A stretch of DNA of 31,010 nucleotides from a virus (taxonomy: Duplodnaviria > Caudoviricetes): IMG/VR virus record IMGVR_UViG_3300016476_000040, positions 1 through 31,010 of that record; one strand, written 5' to 3'. Of this stretch, positions 9,814 through 18,801 are shown in pieces. A model generated the notes under the pieces. The model worked only from the letters and a program-made list of their open reading frames with translations. It made no database searches and was not told the DNA's origin. Numbering within the stretch: the first letter of the stretch is position 1; each line of letters opens with the position of its first letter. A program made the translations under genes and the position numbers.

Positions 9814-11640
9814 TTAGTATTTAATTGCTATCTTGTAGTCTTCTGTCTGTGCAGGATCACGATAAACAGATTCTCTATTTTCAGTATATATGATCAAACC
9901 AGTATGAGATTTTGTAGCTGGTTTAGTCAACGAAGTGACGTTAGCTGTTACTGAAGAAGATAATCCTGTGATAATTTCTCCAGGCGTAAATGATCCACCA
10001 GTTCCGTTTGTAATTACTCTAATGACTTTGAGAACTCCCTGAGTTCTTGCGCCGTTTGTATTTGCAAAGTAAACCAATCTTGCTTTTGCGCCGCTAGTAG
10101 AACCAACGATAATTTCGTCTTCTGTAAAATCGCCGTTGACCAAAGAAACGCCAATTCTTGTAGTTTGGTCAATCACCGAAGAATTAGCATAAGAACCGTT
10201 TGCAAGAATAGGATCTCGCATAATACCAATCAAGCGGAAATCGTTATTCGTTGGGAACGTATTAGATTCAGCACCAGATGTTCGAATATTCAAGAAGATA
10301 GTTGTTCCGCCAAGCTCATCAACTGGATCAGAACCGTGTCCTGTAAGCGGCGAAATGATTGGTCGAGCAGTTGCGCCAAAACCATAACTTGAGTTAGCAG
10401 TAATCGTAGCATTCGCGTGCGAGTATGAACGACCCTGACTGATAACGGTGATCTTACGAACTTGACCGCCAAACGTATTAGATACATACGCAGTCGCGCG
10501 CGAGGTAGTCGTTCCACCTGAATCACCGCGAATAGTTACGAGCGGTGAAATAACATAACGACTCGATGTATTTGGTGTGACGCTGAACGCGCTGTTCACA
10601 ACGATTGTATTGTTAGCGCCAAAATATCTTACGATTTTACGCAGCTGACCAGCAGCAGCACCTTCGCTAATGAACAAACCTGAACCAACATAAGCGCCCG
10701 AGTTACCAAACGCAGAAGATTTCAATCTCATCCAAGTCGTATTTGTTACGCTCTGGAATGTGTTAGTTGTATGAAGATAACCAGCGCCATTAGCAATAAC
10801 TTTTACATGGAAGATAGCACCATTACCAGATGTTCTTGCGTTCTGTTGCACAGTCCACTGGGCTGATCCATCGTTAGCTGTAAGAGTCTTGACTGGCATA
10901 AAATCTACGGTTAGAAACTTCGTACGTTCACCTGAAGAAATCGTGTACATATATTTCCAACGATATCCATCAGCTGTAGAAATGAGCGATGTTCCAGTTC
11001 CTGTTGGTTTTACCGTAGAATTTGCGCCACGATTGTTGTCGATGCATTTGTAAACGTTGTAGTCATCAGTCAGAACGAAATAACGAAGTGAGCCAGGAGC
11101 GGCAGTAAGAGAAACGACATACTTGTCGTCCCATTCATTAAAAAATTGATTGTTAGCCCAATCAACACGAGGAACAGCATGTGTAGCATCTGACGATTGA
11201 ATTTTCTTCATCGACATAATATCGTCAGAAATATCATAGTTTACGTTGAAATACGAAGACGTTACAGCTGGTGGATTTGCCTGATCATTAAATAGTTTAC
11301 GAATGTAAGCATTCGCACCAGTTGTATTTGCTCCGGATGGACGTGGTGTAACAACGATAGTTTGTGCAGTAGGAATAGAGTGAACACGAACTACTGTTGA
11401 TTGATTAGTAATTCCGATTCTGTCACCGACTGCAAGTTCAGTTGTAAAGTATGTTCCCTGACCTACGATAGTATTAGAGCTCGTCGTTGTTTTCACTGTT
11501 CCCGTAATAGGAATCGCATTGGCAAACGGTTGAGGTCTGCCAATGAAGAAATAATAAAGAGTAGGCGCGCTTTCGCTCAGTCCTTCAAGGAACTGTTGAG
11601 CTTGCAGCACTCTAAATCGACGAGGGACTAATCCTGGCAT
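9814..11640 (-). CDS. gp8: Baseplate wedge subunit gp8
   Basis: Motifs YYFFIGRPQP, YNVYKCIDN, TADGYRWKYMYTI, GHGSDPVDELG, NDFRLIGIMRDP and IIYTENR. Position after gp6/gp7. Confidence 0.85.
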   Translation of the reverse strand: MPGLVPRRFRVLQAQQFLEGLSESAPTLYYFFIGRPQPFANAIPITGTVKTTTSSNTIVGQGTYFTTELAVGDRIGITNQSTVVRVHSIPTAQTIVVTPRPSGANTTGANAYIRKLFNDQANPPAVTSSYFNVNYDISDDIMSMKKIQSSDATHAVPRVDWANNQFFNEWDDKYVVSLTAAPGSLRYFVLTDDYNVYKCIDNNRGANSTVKPTGTGTSLISTADGYRWKYMYTISSGERTKFLTVDFMPVKTLTANDGSAQWTVQQNARTSGNGAIFHVKVIANGAGYLHTTNTFQSVTNTTWMRLKSSAFGNSGAYVGSGLFISEGAAAGQLRKIVRYFGANNTIVVNSAFSVTPNTSSRYVISPLVTIRGDSGGTTTSRATAYVSNTFGGQVRKITVISQGRSYSHANATITANSSYGFGATARPIISPLTGHGSDPVDELGGTTIFLNIRTSGAESNTFPTNNDFRLIGIMRDPILANGSYANSSVIDQTTRIGVSLVNGDFTEDEIIVGSTSGAKARLVYFANTNGARTQGVLKVIRVITNGTGGSFTPGEIITGLSSSVTANVTSLTKPATKSHTGLIIYTENRESVYRDPAQTEDYKIAIKY

Positions 11641-12194
11641 TATGCAGATGCAGTATATGTTACGTTAACAACGTCACCGTTAGCGATTGTCTTATCGCCA
11701 CCTGTGAACAGACCAGCTGAGTAAAGGATACCTGAGAATCCACCCTTTGTTGAGTTAGAAATCAAGAATGTTCCCTTAACTGTGTTGGCTGAAGTGATCG
11801 AGAACACAGCAGCTGACGCAGTAGCCTTTGAGCCGGAAGATGCGGCTGCAAAAGATGGCGCAACGCGAGTTGACTGTGAGTATCCAGAAAACTCATTCCA
11901 GCCAGAGTGAGTGTTAGCTGTGTCACCAGCTGCTACAGCTGAGTAACCAGTCGAGCTGATAAGGCCTAGATACCAAGTAGCGTTATATGATGAACCAGCT
12001 AGATACTTATCGAGAAGATCATTCTTTCCCTGCGTAGTTACAAGGTTGCTGAACTCTTCTTCCCACTTCAGGTTTCCGTGTACGTCGAAACATTGCGCGA
12101 CATACTTACCTGTTACATTAACCTCTTCCATATTACCTGCCCCTCTAATTACCGTAGCGTCGGCAAATGTTGATGATTTGATAGCTTCTGTCAT
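11640..12194 (-). CDS. Putative virion structural/decoration protein inserted between gp7 and gp8
   Basis: 184 aa, beta-rich, '[13 protein letters not shown]...WYLGL...GD.VNVTYT', resembling small phage tail-associated proteins. It has an AGGA RBS and its own late promoter. Confidence 0.6.
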   Translation of the reverse strand: MTEAIKSSTFADATVIRGAGNMEEVNVTGKYVAQCFDVHGNLKWEEEFSNLVTTQGKNDLLDKYLAGSSYNATWYLGLISSTGYSAVAAGDTANTHSGWNEFSGYSQSTRVAPSFAAASSGSKATASAAVFSITSANTVKGTFLISNSTKGGFSGILYSAGLFTGGDKTIANGDVVNVTYTASA

Positions 12195-12209
12195 ATTGTT
12201 TCCTATCCG

Positions 12210-12217
12210 TATTTATA
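12210..12217 (-). promoter_or_regulatory. T4-type late promoter TATAAATA
   Basis: Exact TATAAATA in the intergenic gap, 15 nt upstream of ATG 12194. Confidence 0.85.
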
Positions 12218-12221
12218 TCGG

Positions 12222-14912
12222 TTATGGACCTGTGCTGTAATAAAACTCGACGTTCGCGCTTGTTGGGATATAGTTCTGACGTATCGTGAACGCCGAGTTC
12301 GAGAAGATTGTGTTGACGTTGAATATATCTGTATTTGAACCGCCTACTGGAACTATGTAGAGGTTTGAACCTATGCCGCCGACGTTGATTGAGCCTGTAT
12401 TTGCGAATAGCGCGCCATTCGCGAACGCATACGGCCCAGCTGTTCCGATAACCAGTCGTGGAGTTCCATCGAACGTACCGACTGTGATAGCTGCATATGG
12501 TTGAATGTTTGCAGTAGCCCATGCCTGAATCTGCGAGTTGGCGTATAGAACTTTTCCATATACACCAGACATATATGCGAAACGCTGACCTTGATGTACG
12601 ACGACCGCAGTAATAGACTCGGTGATAGATGTATTTGCAATGAACGAAGCGTTCTGTGCTGCGTCAGCGGCAACAAGCTCAGTTCTTCTTGTATTAGCCG
12701 TATAAACTGCGTCTTCCGCCGATACAGAAGTAACTGATTCAGAAGCGAACGTATTAGCAATGAACGTTCCATTAGGCGTATCTGTAGTCGTAATTGATTC
12801 AGAAACGAATGTATTAGCGATGAATGTTGCGTTCGGTGTATCAACAGAAGCGAACGCTTCGGTGATCGCTGTATTCGCCAAGAATGTAGCTGTATGTGTC
12901 GCAGCGGCAGAAATTGCTTCTGTGACGTTGATACCGCCTGTATAAGATGCTGTAGCAGTATGCGTGGCCGCAGCAGTAATAGCTTCAGAAATACGACGAC
13001 GAACGATATTTGGCGCTTCGTCGATTGCAGTGATATTGACGTTTGCTGTTGCAGTAATTACATAGTCACCAAACAGCTTCGTGCCTGCTGGATGAACTAG
13101 AGCTTTGATAACGTCACGATACTTACTCAGCATCTTATTGACGCGAATAACGTATGAGAACTCTTGATAGTAGTCGTTATCCTGAAGTCTATTGTTCCAG
13201 CTTAGGAAACCTTTCGTGTCAATGTAACGTCCTGGGAAAATGATAAGGCCAGAAGTTTTCGCATTACCAGCTCCACCGAACGTTTTCTTACGAATAACAT
13301 AACGAGAACTAGATGAGCCGTTAGCAAATGCGCTGCTTGTAGTATCGGTGACTACAGCATTTGACTGAGTTGTATTGAAGATAGTGGCATCATCATATTT
13401 GTTGAAGTTTGCGCCTCTCGTTTGAATACGAACTTTAGAAACAGCGCCAGGCGCATTGTTCGCAAGAACGATCGCGTTATTACCATAGATGTTTCCTTGA
13501 CCGTCCGATAGATTCAATGCTCTCATAAAATCATCGACGATCTGAATCGTAGGCAACGAAGTGTTATAGCCATATCCAGGATTGATCAGTGTAATAGCAT
13601 TGATAGAATAGAACGCAGTATTACTGAAAGTCAATGCTCTAGAAAGCACCGAATAAACGTTCGCGCCAGCAAGTTTGATATATGCATTTGCGCCACTTAA
13701 TGTTTGGAAAGGCGTAAACGCAGAAATGAATGATGTTGCATTCGTAATAGAATGAACGCGAGCAGTGTTAGCAACGCCATAGATACGAACGATATCACCA
13801 ACTTGAAGTTGTGTAGTGAAGTTTGTTCCTGATCCAGTGACTGTATTAGATACGCTAGAAACAGATACAGTTCCAGTCAACTTTCTAAAGACGGTAGATG
13901 TATTTGCGCCAGGACGAACAAAGAACGAAGGCGAATCAAGTCGAACGTTTTTCATCGGACCAATAAGATCCGTGTTGATGGCGACGCCTCCTAGAATTGC
14001 TTCTTGTGTGAAAGATTCAATCTTAGCTTGGAAGTTCTTTCCGTTACCGCCATTGACAATGATTCTTGTGTTTTCTTTGGTGTAACCAGAACCAGCTTTT
14101 ACAATCTTTACTGTTACTGCGCTCTTGTTAGAAAGTTCCGTAACAGTTGCTGTGGCTAAGTCTGTTGAGCCAGCACCGCTGATTTCTACCTGATCATTGA
14201 GCTCATGATAAGCACCGCCATCTTTAACGATTAAATCTACAAGAGGACCAGTTTGTGAGTTAACAGTTGTGAACTGACTTGTATTATCTTGATTGACTAC
14301 TCGTTCACCATCAACGAATGTTCCGACCACATCGCGAACAGTCATATCATATACAAGAAGACCAAGAGCTTCCGTGGCTGTAATTTCTTCAACAAAAGCA
14401 ACGGCGCCAGAAGTGACGCCACGAATACGTTTGCCTTCTAATGTTCTAGGATTGATACTCGATGGTGATCCTACGCGCAGGCGTGTTTCCTGCACCCAAC
14501 GACCATCAGACGCGCGAAGAATATCGTCGCCTGGATAGTAAAAATCAATTTCCTGATTAAACAACGCACGGAACAGGAAACGATAAGACTCCTGCGAACC
14601 ACGCGTGCGATAGAAATCGCGGATATGTTTCGTTAGAAGACGCTTATCTGCCAGTACATCCTTTGGGATGTTTATCATAAACTCTTTACGGAAATACTCA
14701 ACGAAAGAGTCTACTGTTCTGTCGATATCCTGATTATCTCTCAGTGATCTAATGGCGTTGACTGCGTTGCCACTTTGTTCCATATACTCAAAATAGGCTT
14801 TGAGGAACGCAACAAACTGTGGACCTTCTTCTCGAACGAACCCAGGAAACTGAGTTTCGACCTGAGAAGAGATCTTCTTAAAGATATCGTCTGCGCCTAC
14901 GATCTTTGACAT
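12222..14912 (-). CDS. gp7: Baseplate wedge initiator gp7-like protein with a C-terminal repeat extension
   Basis: N-terminal QFPGFVREEGPQFVAFLKAYFEYME, IRDFYRTRGS, ILRASDGRW; later LQDNDYYQEFSYVI and LVHPAGTKLFG. Directly follows gp6. Confidence 0.75.
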   Translation of the reverse strand: MSKIVGADDIFKKISSQVETQFPGFVREEGPQFVAFLKAYFEYMEQSGNAVNAIRSLRDNQDIDRTVDSFVEYFRKEFMINIPKDVLADKRLLTKHIRDFYRTRGSQESYRFLFRALFNQEIDFYYPGDDILRASDGRWVQETRLRVGSPSSINPRTLEGKRIRGVTSGAVAFVEEITATEALGLLVYDMTVRDVVGTFVDGERVVNQDNTSQFTTVNSQTGPLVDLIVKDGGAYHELNDQVEISGAGSTDLATATVTELSNKSAVTVKIVKAGSGYTKENTRIIVNGGNGKNFQAKIESFTQEAILGGVAINTDLIGPMKNVRLDSPSFFVRPGANTSTVFRKLTGTVSVSSVSNTVTGSGTNFTTQLQVGDIVRIYGVANTARVHSITNATSFISAFTPFQTLSGANAYIKLAGANVYSVLSRALTFSNTAFYSINAITLINPGYGYNTSLPTIQIVDDFMRALNLSDGQGNIYGNNAIVLANNAPGAVSKVRIQTRGANFNKYDDATIFNTTQSNAVVTDTTSSAFANGSSSSRYVIRKKTFGGAGNAKTSGLIIFPGRYIDTKGFLSWNNRLQDNDYYQEFSYVIRVNKMLSKYRDVIKALVHPAGTKLFGDYVITATANVNITAIDEAPNIVRRRISEAITAAATHTATASYTGGINVTEAISAAATHTATFLANTAITEAFASVDTPNATFIANTFVSESITTTDTPNGTFIANTFASESVTSVSAEDAVYTANTRRTELVAADAAQNASFIANTSITESITAVVVHQGQRFAYMSGVYGKVLYANSQIQAWATANIQPYAAITVGTFDGTPRLVIGTAGPYAFANGALFANTGSINVGGIGSNLYIVPVGGSNTDIFNVNTIFSNSAFTIRQNYIPTSANVEFYYSTGP
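12595..12989 (-). repeat. About six degenerate 20-aa (60-bp) tandem repeats in the gp7 C-terminus
   Basis: TEAISAAATHTATFLANTAI / TEAFASVDTPNATFIANTFV / SESITTTDTPNGTFIANTFA / SESVTSVSAEDAVYTANTRR / TELVAADAAQNASFIANTSI. The 60-nt period is visible between the lines starting at 12721 and 12781. Confidence 0.85.
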
Positions 14913-16804
14913 TAGAAGTTGTACAGCCTAATTGATGGTGTCTGAATCGTAGCAGTTTGACCGATCGTATCAATGTTTGATGCGGTTGCTACAGTTTGAT
15001 TTGTTTTATCATCAACAATATCGATACGTGTTTGTGAAATCAACAGAATCTGATTACGAACTGGATTGATGTTTGGTGTATATGGCGAAGCAAATATAGA
15101 AAGCCCTAGACCAGTATATGCGCTTGGTAGGAATGAGTTGATTTGCACTATACCATTTTCGTAGTCAATAGTTCCTGCAGCATAATTTGTATAAATGCGA
15201 CCTAATCTACCTGCAGGTGAACGATAGTAAGTTCTAAGCGTTCCAAACCCATTATCATCAAAGAATGATTCGTTTCCAGTATATGTAAACGAAGTTGATG
15301 TAATAGAACCATATCCAGGATGACGTGTTACACCACTAATCAACTCAGCTGGACCAAGTTTTTGCAGTCCATTATTGAATGTAATAGTATAGTTGTTTAA
15401 AGAAGTCAAAGAAGGAACAAACAATTTTCTTAAACGAATATTAGCGTTCGTTGTTTTGATAGAGTTATCTGTTCCGTCGATGTAATCAAGGAAACGTGAG
15501 TATCTAAAACTTCTATTGAATACGCCTAGATTATTCGTTTCAAACTGAATGACTCTTGTTGCGATTGCGTTCGCTAGTTCGCCAGGAGTTAGTGTAGTTT
15601 GTGATGAATCGTAACGAACAGTGATTTCTGGAACAATGTACAGATATGAAGGATCTACAACTTCGATATCAATAGACTGAACATTATACTTTCTAACTTC
15701 ATTAATGATTTCAGCTTTTCTGTTTGCAGAGAATACAGTACTGTTTCGAGGTTTTGCTGATACGAATACCTTACCAAAGATAGGTGGATCGTTTTCTTCA
15801 CCACCCCATACGCTGATGGCTTGAATGTCTGGATTTTGCTTGAGCAAAACGCGCTCATAATCCTGTGCAGTAACAGTTCTGTTTTGTGTTTCATACAGAC
15901 GCGGCGCATTGAAACGAAGTGACTCGATAGATTCGATTTCTGCTCCGCCTGACGCACGACCAACAGGAACAACAGTGATGTTCGTTTGTCCATCGATCGT
16001 TGAATTAACAAGCGAATAAGCATTCGCGCCATTTGGTGTTGAGCCATTACATACGCGATAGCTAACTGTAACAATAGACGCAGTTGCTGGTAGCTTTCCT
16101 AGAACGCCATCGCCAAATGAAATCTTATACTTCTTTTGTCTATCAGCTTCAACAAAGAAAATCTGCGACGATGAGTTAGTAGTCATCAGATCATCAGCAG
16201 GAATATATGTTTGAACGTTGCCGCTAGTTGTTACAGATACAGTGATGCTAGTTGTATCTACATTTTCGTTAGGAAGAACGAATGAAGTATTTGATGTTCT
16301 ATTAAAAACGAAACGATGTGTAAGAGGAATACCCTCTTTGATGTTGATGTGCTGTGCAAATCCACCAGATGTATTTGCAGTAATCGTATATGTTTGTGGT
16401 GCTACGAATGTATAAGATACGCCATTTACCGTTGCAACGAATTGTGTATCTTTCGCAACACGAATAGAACGGAATGTACTGTTAGCTGTGCTATTAGTAA
16501 AGATCAGCTGAACATTAGCTGTAGCACTGCGCGCAGATGTAGGCATATATCCTAATGACTTTGCATGAGATACAACGCTGTCAAACAGCTGTGCTGTGTC
16601 AAGGAATCCTTCATTCGTAGCCATATTGGCATAGAACGCGTTCATGTATGTGTTGTATGCAAGAAGATCGAGCAGAGTTCCTAATGCAGAATCTGAAAAG
16701 TCGTAGTCAGTAAATTCTGGTTTAGAAGCAATATAGTTTCTTAGATTAAGACGAATAGTGTCAAAATCTAAACCAGTTACTACAAGATCTGTATTTGTAG
16801 CCAT
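14912..16804 (-). CDS. gp6: Baseplate wedge subunit gp6
   Basis: LDFDTIR..L, FTDYDF, LLDLLAYNT, SVVSHAKSLGYMP, FGDGVLGK, QNRTVTAQDY and WGGEENDPP.FGKVF. Confidence 0.95.
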   Translation of the reverse strand: MATNTDLVVTGLDFDTIRLNLRNYIASKPEFTDYDFSDSALGTLLDLLAYNTYMNAFYANMATNEGFLDTAQLFDSVVSHAKSLGYMPTSARSATANVQLIFTNSTANSTFRSIRVAKDTQFVATVNGVSYTFVAPQTYTITANTSGGFAQHINIKEGIPLTHRFVFNRTSNTSFVLPNENVDTTSITVSVTTSGNVQTYIPADDLMTTNSSSQIFFVEADRQKKYKISFGDGVLGKLPATASIVTVSYRVCNGSTPNGANAYSLVNSTIDGQTNITVVPVGRASGGAEIESIESLRFNAPRLYETQNRTVTAQDYERVLLKQNPDIQAISVWGGEENDPPIFGKVFVSAKPRNSTVFSANRKAEIINEVRKYNVQSIDIEVVDPSYLYIVPEITVRYDSSQTTLTPGELANAIATRVIQFETNNLGVFNRSFRYSRFLDYIDGTDNSIKTTNANIRLRKLFVPSLTSLNNYTITFNNGLQKLGPAELISGVTRHPGYGSITSTSFTYTGNESFFDDNGFGTLRTYYRSPAGRLGRIYTNYAAGTIDYENGIVQINSFLPSAYTGLGLSIFASPYTPNINPVRNQILLISQTRIDIVDDKTNQTVATASNIDTIGQTATIQTPSIRLYNF

Positions 16805-17226
16805 TAGCGAACCCTATTGAGATTGACGTCCAGCTGGAGGTCATTGAGCGTAATTGTGTTACGAAAACGAATCGTGATAATCATTTCGTTTTCATCTCGT
16901 CTTTCTTTTATAACAACTGGTTGTGGCTCGTTATCGAAGGTAGCTCTTGGCTCGTAGTTCTCGATAGCGTTCTTTATGAGCGTTTCATAATCGCCCACCA
17001 ACATTGAATCAAAGTTATCGAACAGTCTTGCGCGAACGTTTCCGCCGTATTCTGGCAGAAATGGTCGCTCGTAATGATTAGTCAGAATCAGATTCTTGAT
17101 AGACTGCTTTACGGCATCATCATCTTTCTTCGTCAGCAATTTGCCAGTCGATGGGTGACGGCGAAATTGTAGATCAAAGTCGCGGTGCGTGATCTTTTTT
17201 AGTGATGCTGGAAGCGGTCTTTTCAT
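16804..17226 (-). CDS. gp25: Baseplate wedge subunit gp25 (sheath polymerisation initiator)
   Basis: DFDLQF..HP, AVKQSIKNLILTN.YERPF.P.YG and IENYEPR. Immediately upstream of gp6. Confidence 0.92.
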   Translation of the reverse strand: MKRPLPASLKKITHRDFDLQFRRHPSTGKLLTKKDDDAVKQSIKNLILTNHYERPFLPEYGGNVRARLFDNFDSMLVGDYETLIKNAIENYEPRATFDNEPQPVVIKERRDENEMIITIRFRNTITLNDLQLDVNLNRVR

Positions 17227-17232
17227 TTAGCT

Positions 17233-17240
17233 TATTTATT
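17233..17240 (-). promoter_or_regulatory. Late promoter variant AATAAATA for gp25
   Basis: The ATAAATA core ends 6 nt before the gp25 ATG. Confidence 0.7.
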
Positions 17241-17242
17241 CC

Positions 17243-17271
17243 TTGACAACAGAGTAAAAGACCGTTATAAT
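17243..17271 (+). promoter_or_regulatory. Consensus sigma70 promoter, antisense to the late operon
   Basis: TTGACA (17243-17248), 17-nt spacer, TATAAT (17266-17271), in a 56-nt intergenic gap. Confidence 0.85.
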
Positions 17272-17282
17272 ATGAATTGTAT

Positions 17283-18791
17283 TCAGGCGGTTGAAGCCAC
17301 CGCTGTATTAGCCTTAGCCGCCGCAGCCGCATCATCCTCTTCCATAATAGCCAGTGCTTCAATGACCGAAGTTGTAGGCTTGATACGAGGATACTTCTTA
17401 ATGAGATCAGGATAGCTGTATCGAGTCAGCTTTGAGTAGTCAACCGAGCTTAACAGATCCTGAGTCTTAGTTTCAATCTGAGATGAAAGCTCGAGACGCT
17501 TTCTCTCCATAGTTTCCATCTCATTGTTACGACCATAACCGCCAGAACCCCAGTTAACTGTATTTGCGTTACCGATCAGTTTCTGATTACCCATAGAAGT
17601 CTTAGCCGGACCATCAGCCACAAGAACAGCTGCAGGTGCTACGGATGACATCAGTCCCATATAGCTCGAGATTGGTTTTGCCAACGTGACCATAGCTGAA
17701 GCTGCTGCCGCTTCAGCGAATAGATTACGCATTTGAGCAGGTTGTTTTGGTTTTGGTGGTGCGGGCGTTTCTCTTGGTCGTCTAGCATCAAAGACTGGCG
17801 TTTTTCCTGGAAGGGGGAGCAGAGAAGCAACTGCGCCAGCAACCATGTTAGGAATCATTGAATTTAGATTGAAACCCTTACCACCAAGCGCACCGAGTGC
17901 TGCACCCGCAAGCATATTAGCAGCCATCGCGTTTACGTTTAACATAGGAAATGCAGCTTGAATACCAGCAGCCTTTGCTGCAAAAGCGATAGGATTAGAC
18001 GCAAGAGCAGCAAGACCTGCCATTTCAGATTGTAGATTTACTGCTGAGGCTGCTTTACTTACAACATCAGAAAGAAGACCAGAACCGATAGCAGCAAAGA
18101 TAAGTGAGCCTGGTCCTTTGATAGCAGAAGTCAGCAGTGCTTTGACTGCAACGATTTGACCTAGTCCTTGAGTTGCGATACTTGCTGCGCCACTGAGCTT
18201 GAATGGTAGAGCCGACAACAAGCTTCCATTGATGAGACCACCGATAGCTTGAATAGGACCATCTAAACCAGCAGGAACGAAACTGCTCGCAAGTGAATTT
18301 AGCTGACTTCCAAGAGCGCCGCCGAGTGCTCCTCCTAGAGCAGCACCTAATGGTCCAGAACCTTTCAGTGCATTACCAAGAACAGCACCAGCAGCTGCGC
18401 CTGCGATACCACCACTCAAACCACCACCGATAGCAGCACCCAAAACGCTGTTGTTTGTCAATGTAGCAAGTGAACCTGCTGCAATTGCAGAACGCATCGC
18501 TACGCCGAATTGACCTTGTAGTGCTCCTTGCGTATCACCTCTAAGAGCAGCAGTTAGGCTAGGATCTAACTGAAACGTCGGTGCTCTATATGCAAGCGGA
18601 TCAACAATCATTTGCTGAGCAGCTGCTACGTTAACATACATCGGAAACTCACGTTTCAGATATGAAATCTGACTCGCAATCTGATCAGTTCCTTTGTATG
18701 TGTATTGAACGCCATTATGTGCGATCTTAGTTCCAGGAACGATTCCTGGATACAATAGTGAAAGTCTCTGATCTATTTCTAGCTGTGTCAT
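17283..18791 (-). CDS. Ala/Gly-rich hypothetical protein with glycine-zipper segments, between gp5C and gp25
   Basis: 502-aa ORF with GxxxG runs (GAAIGGGLSGGIAGAAAGAVLG, GAALGGALGGALG), a Pro-rich linker and a helical C-terminus. Confidence 0.7.
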   Translation of the reverse strand: MTQLEIDQRLSLLYPGIVPGTKIAHNGVQYTYKGTDQIASQISYLKREFPMYVNVAAAQQMIVDPLAYRAPTFQLDPSLTAALRGDTQGALQGQFGVAMRSAIAAGSLATLTNNSVLGAAIGGGLSGGIAGAAAGAVLGNALKGSGPLGAALGGALGGALGSQLNSLASSFVPAGLDGPIQAIGGLINGSLLSALPFKLSGAASIATQGLGQIVAVKALLTSAIKGPGSLIFAAIGSGLLSDVVSKAASAVNLQSEMAGLAALASNPIAFAAKAAGIQAAFPMLNVNAMAANMLAGAALGALGGKGFNLNSMIPNMVAGAVASLLPLPGKTPVFDARRPRETPAPPKPKQPAQMRNLFAEAAAASAMVTLAKPISSYMGLMSSVAPAAVLVADGPAKTSMGNQKLIGNANTVNWGSGGYGRNNEMETMERKRLELSSQIETKTQDLLSSVDYSKLTRYSYPDLIKKYPRIKPTTSVIEALAIMEEDDAAAAAKANTAVASTA

Positions 18792-18801
18792 TTACTTTCC
18801 A

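Noticed and set aside
12595-12989. 60-bp periodicity as a possible CRISPR array or DGR repeat
   Set aside because: The repeats are degenerate, in-frame and coding, with no identical repeat/unique spacer structure. No adenine-specific TR/VR pair or reverse transcriptase is visible.
17272-17415. 47-codon + strand ORF (MNCIQAVEATAVLAL...) after the sigma70 promoter
   Set aside because: Its ATG abuts the -10 box and lies upstream of the expected transcription start. The sequence mirrors the antisense Ala-rich gene end.
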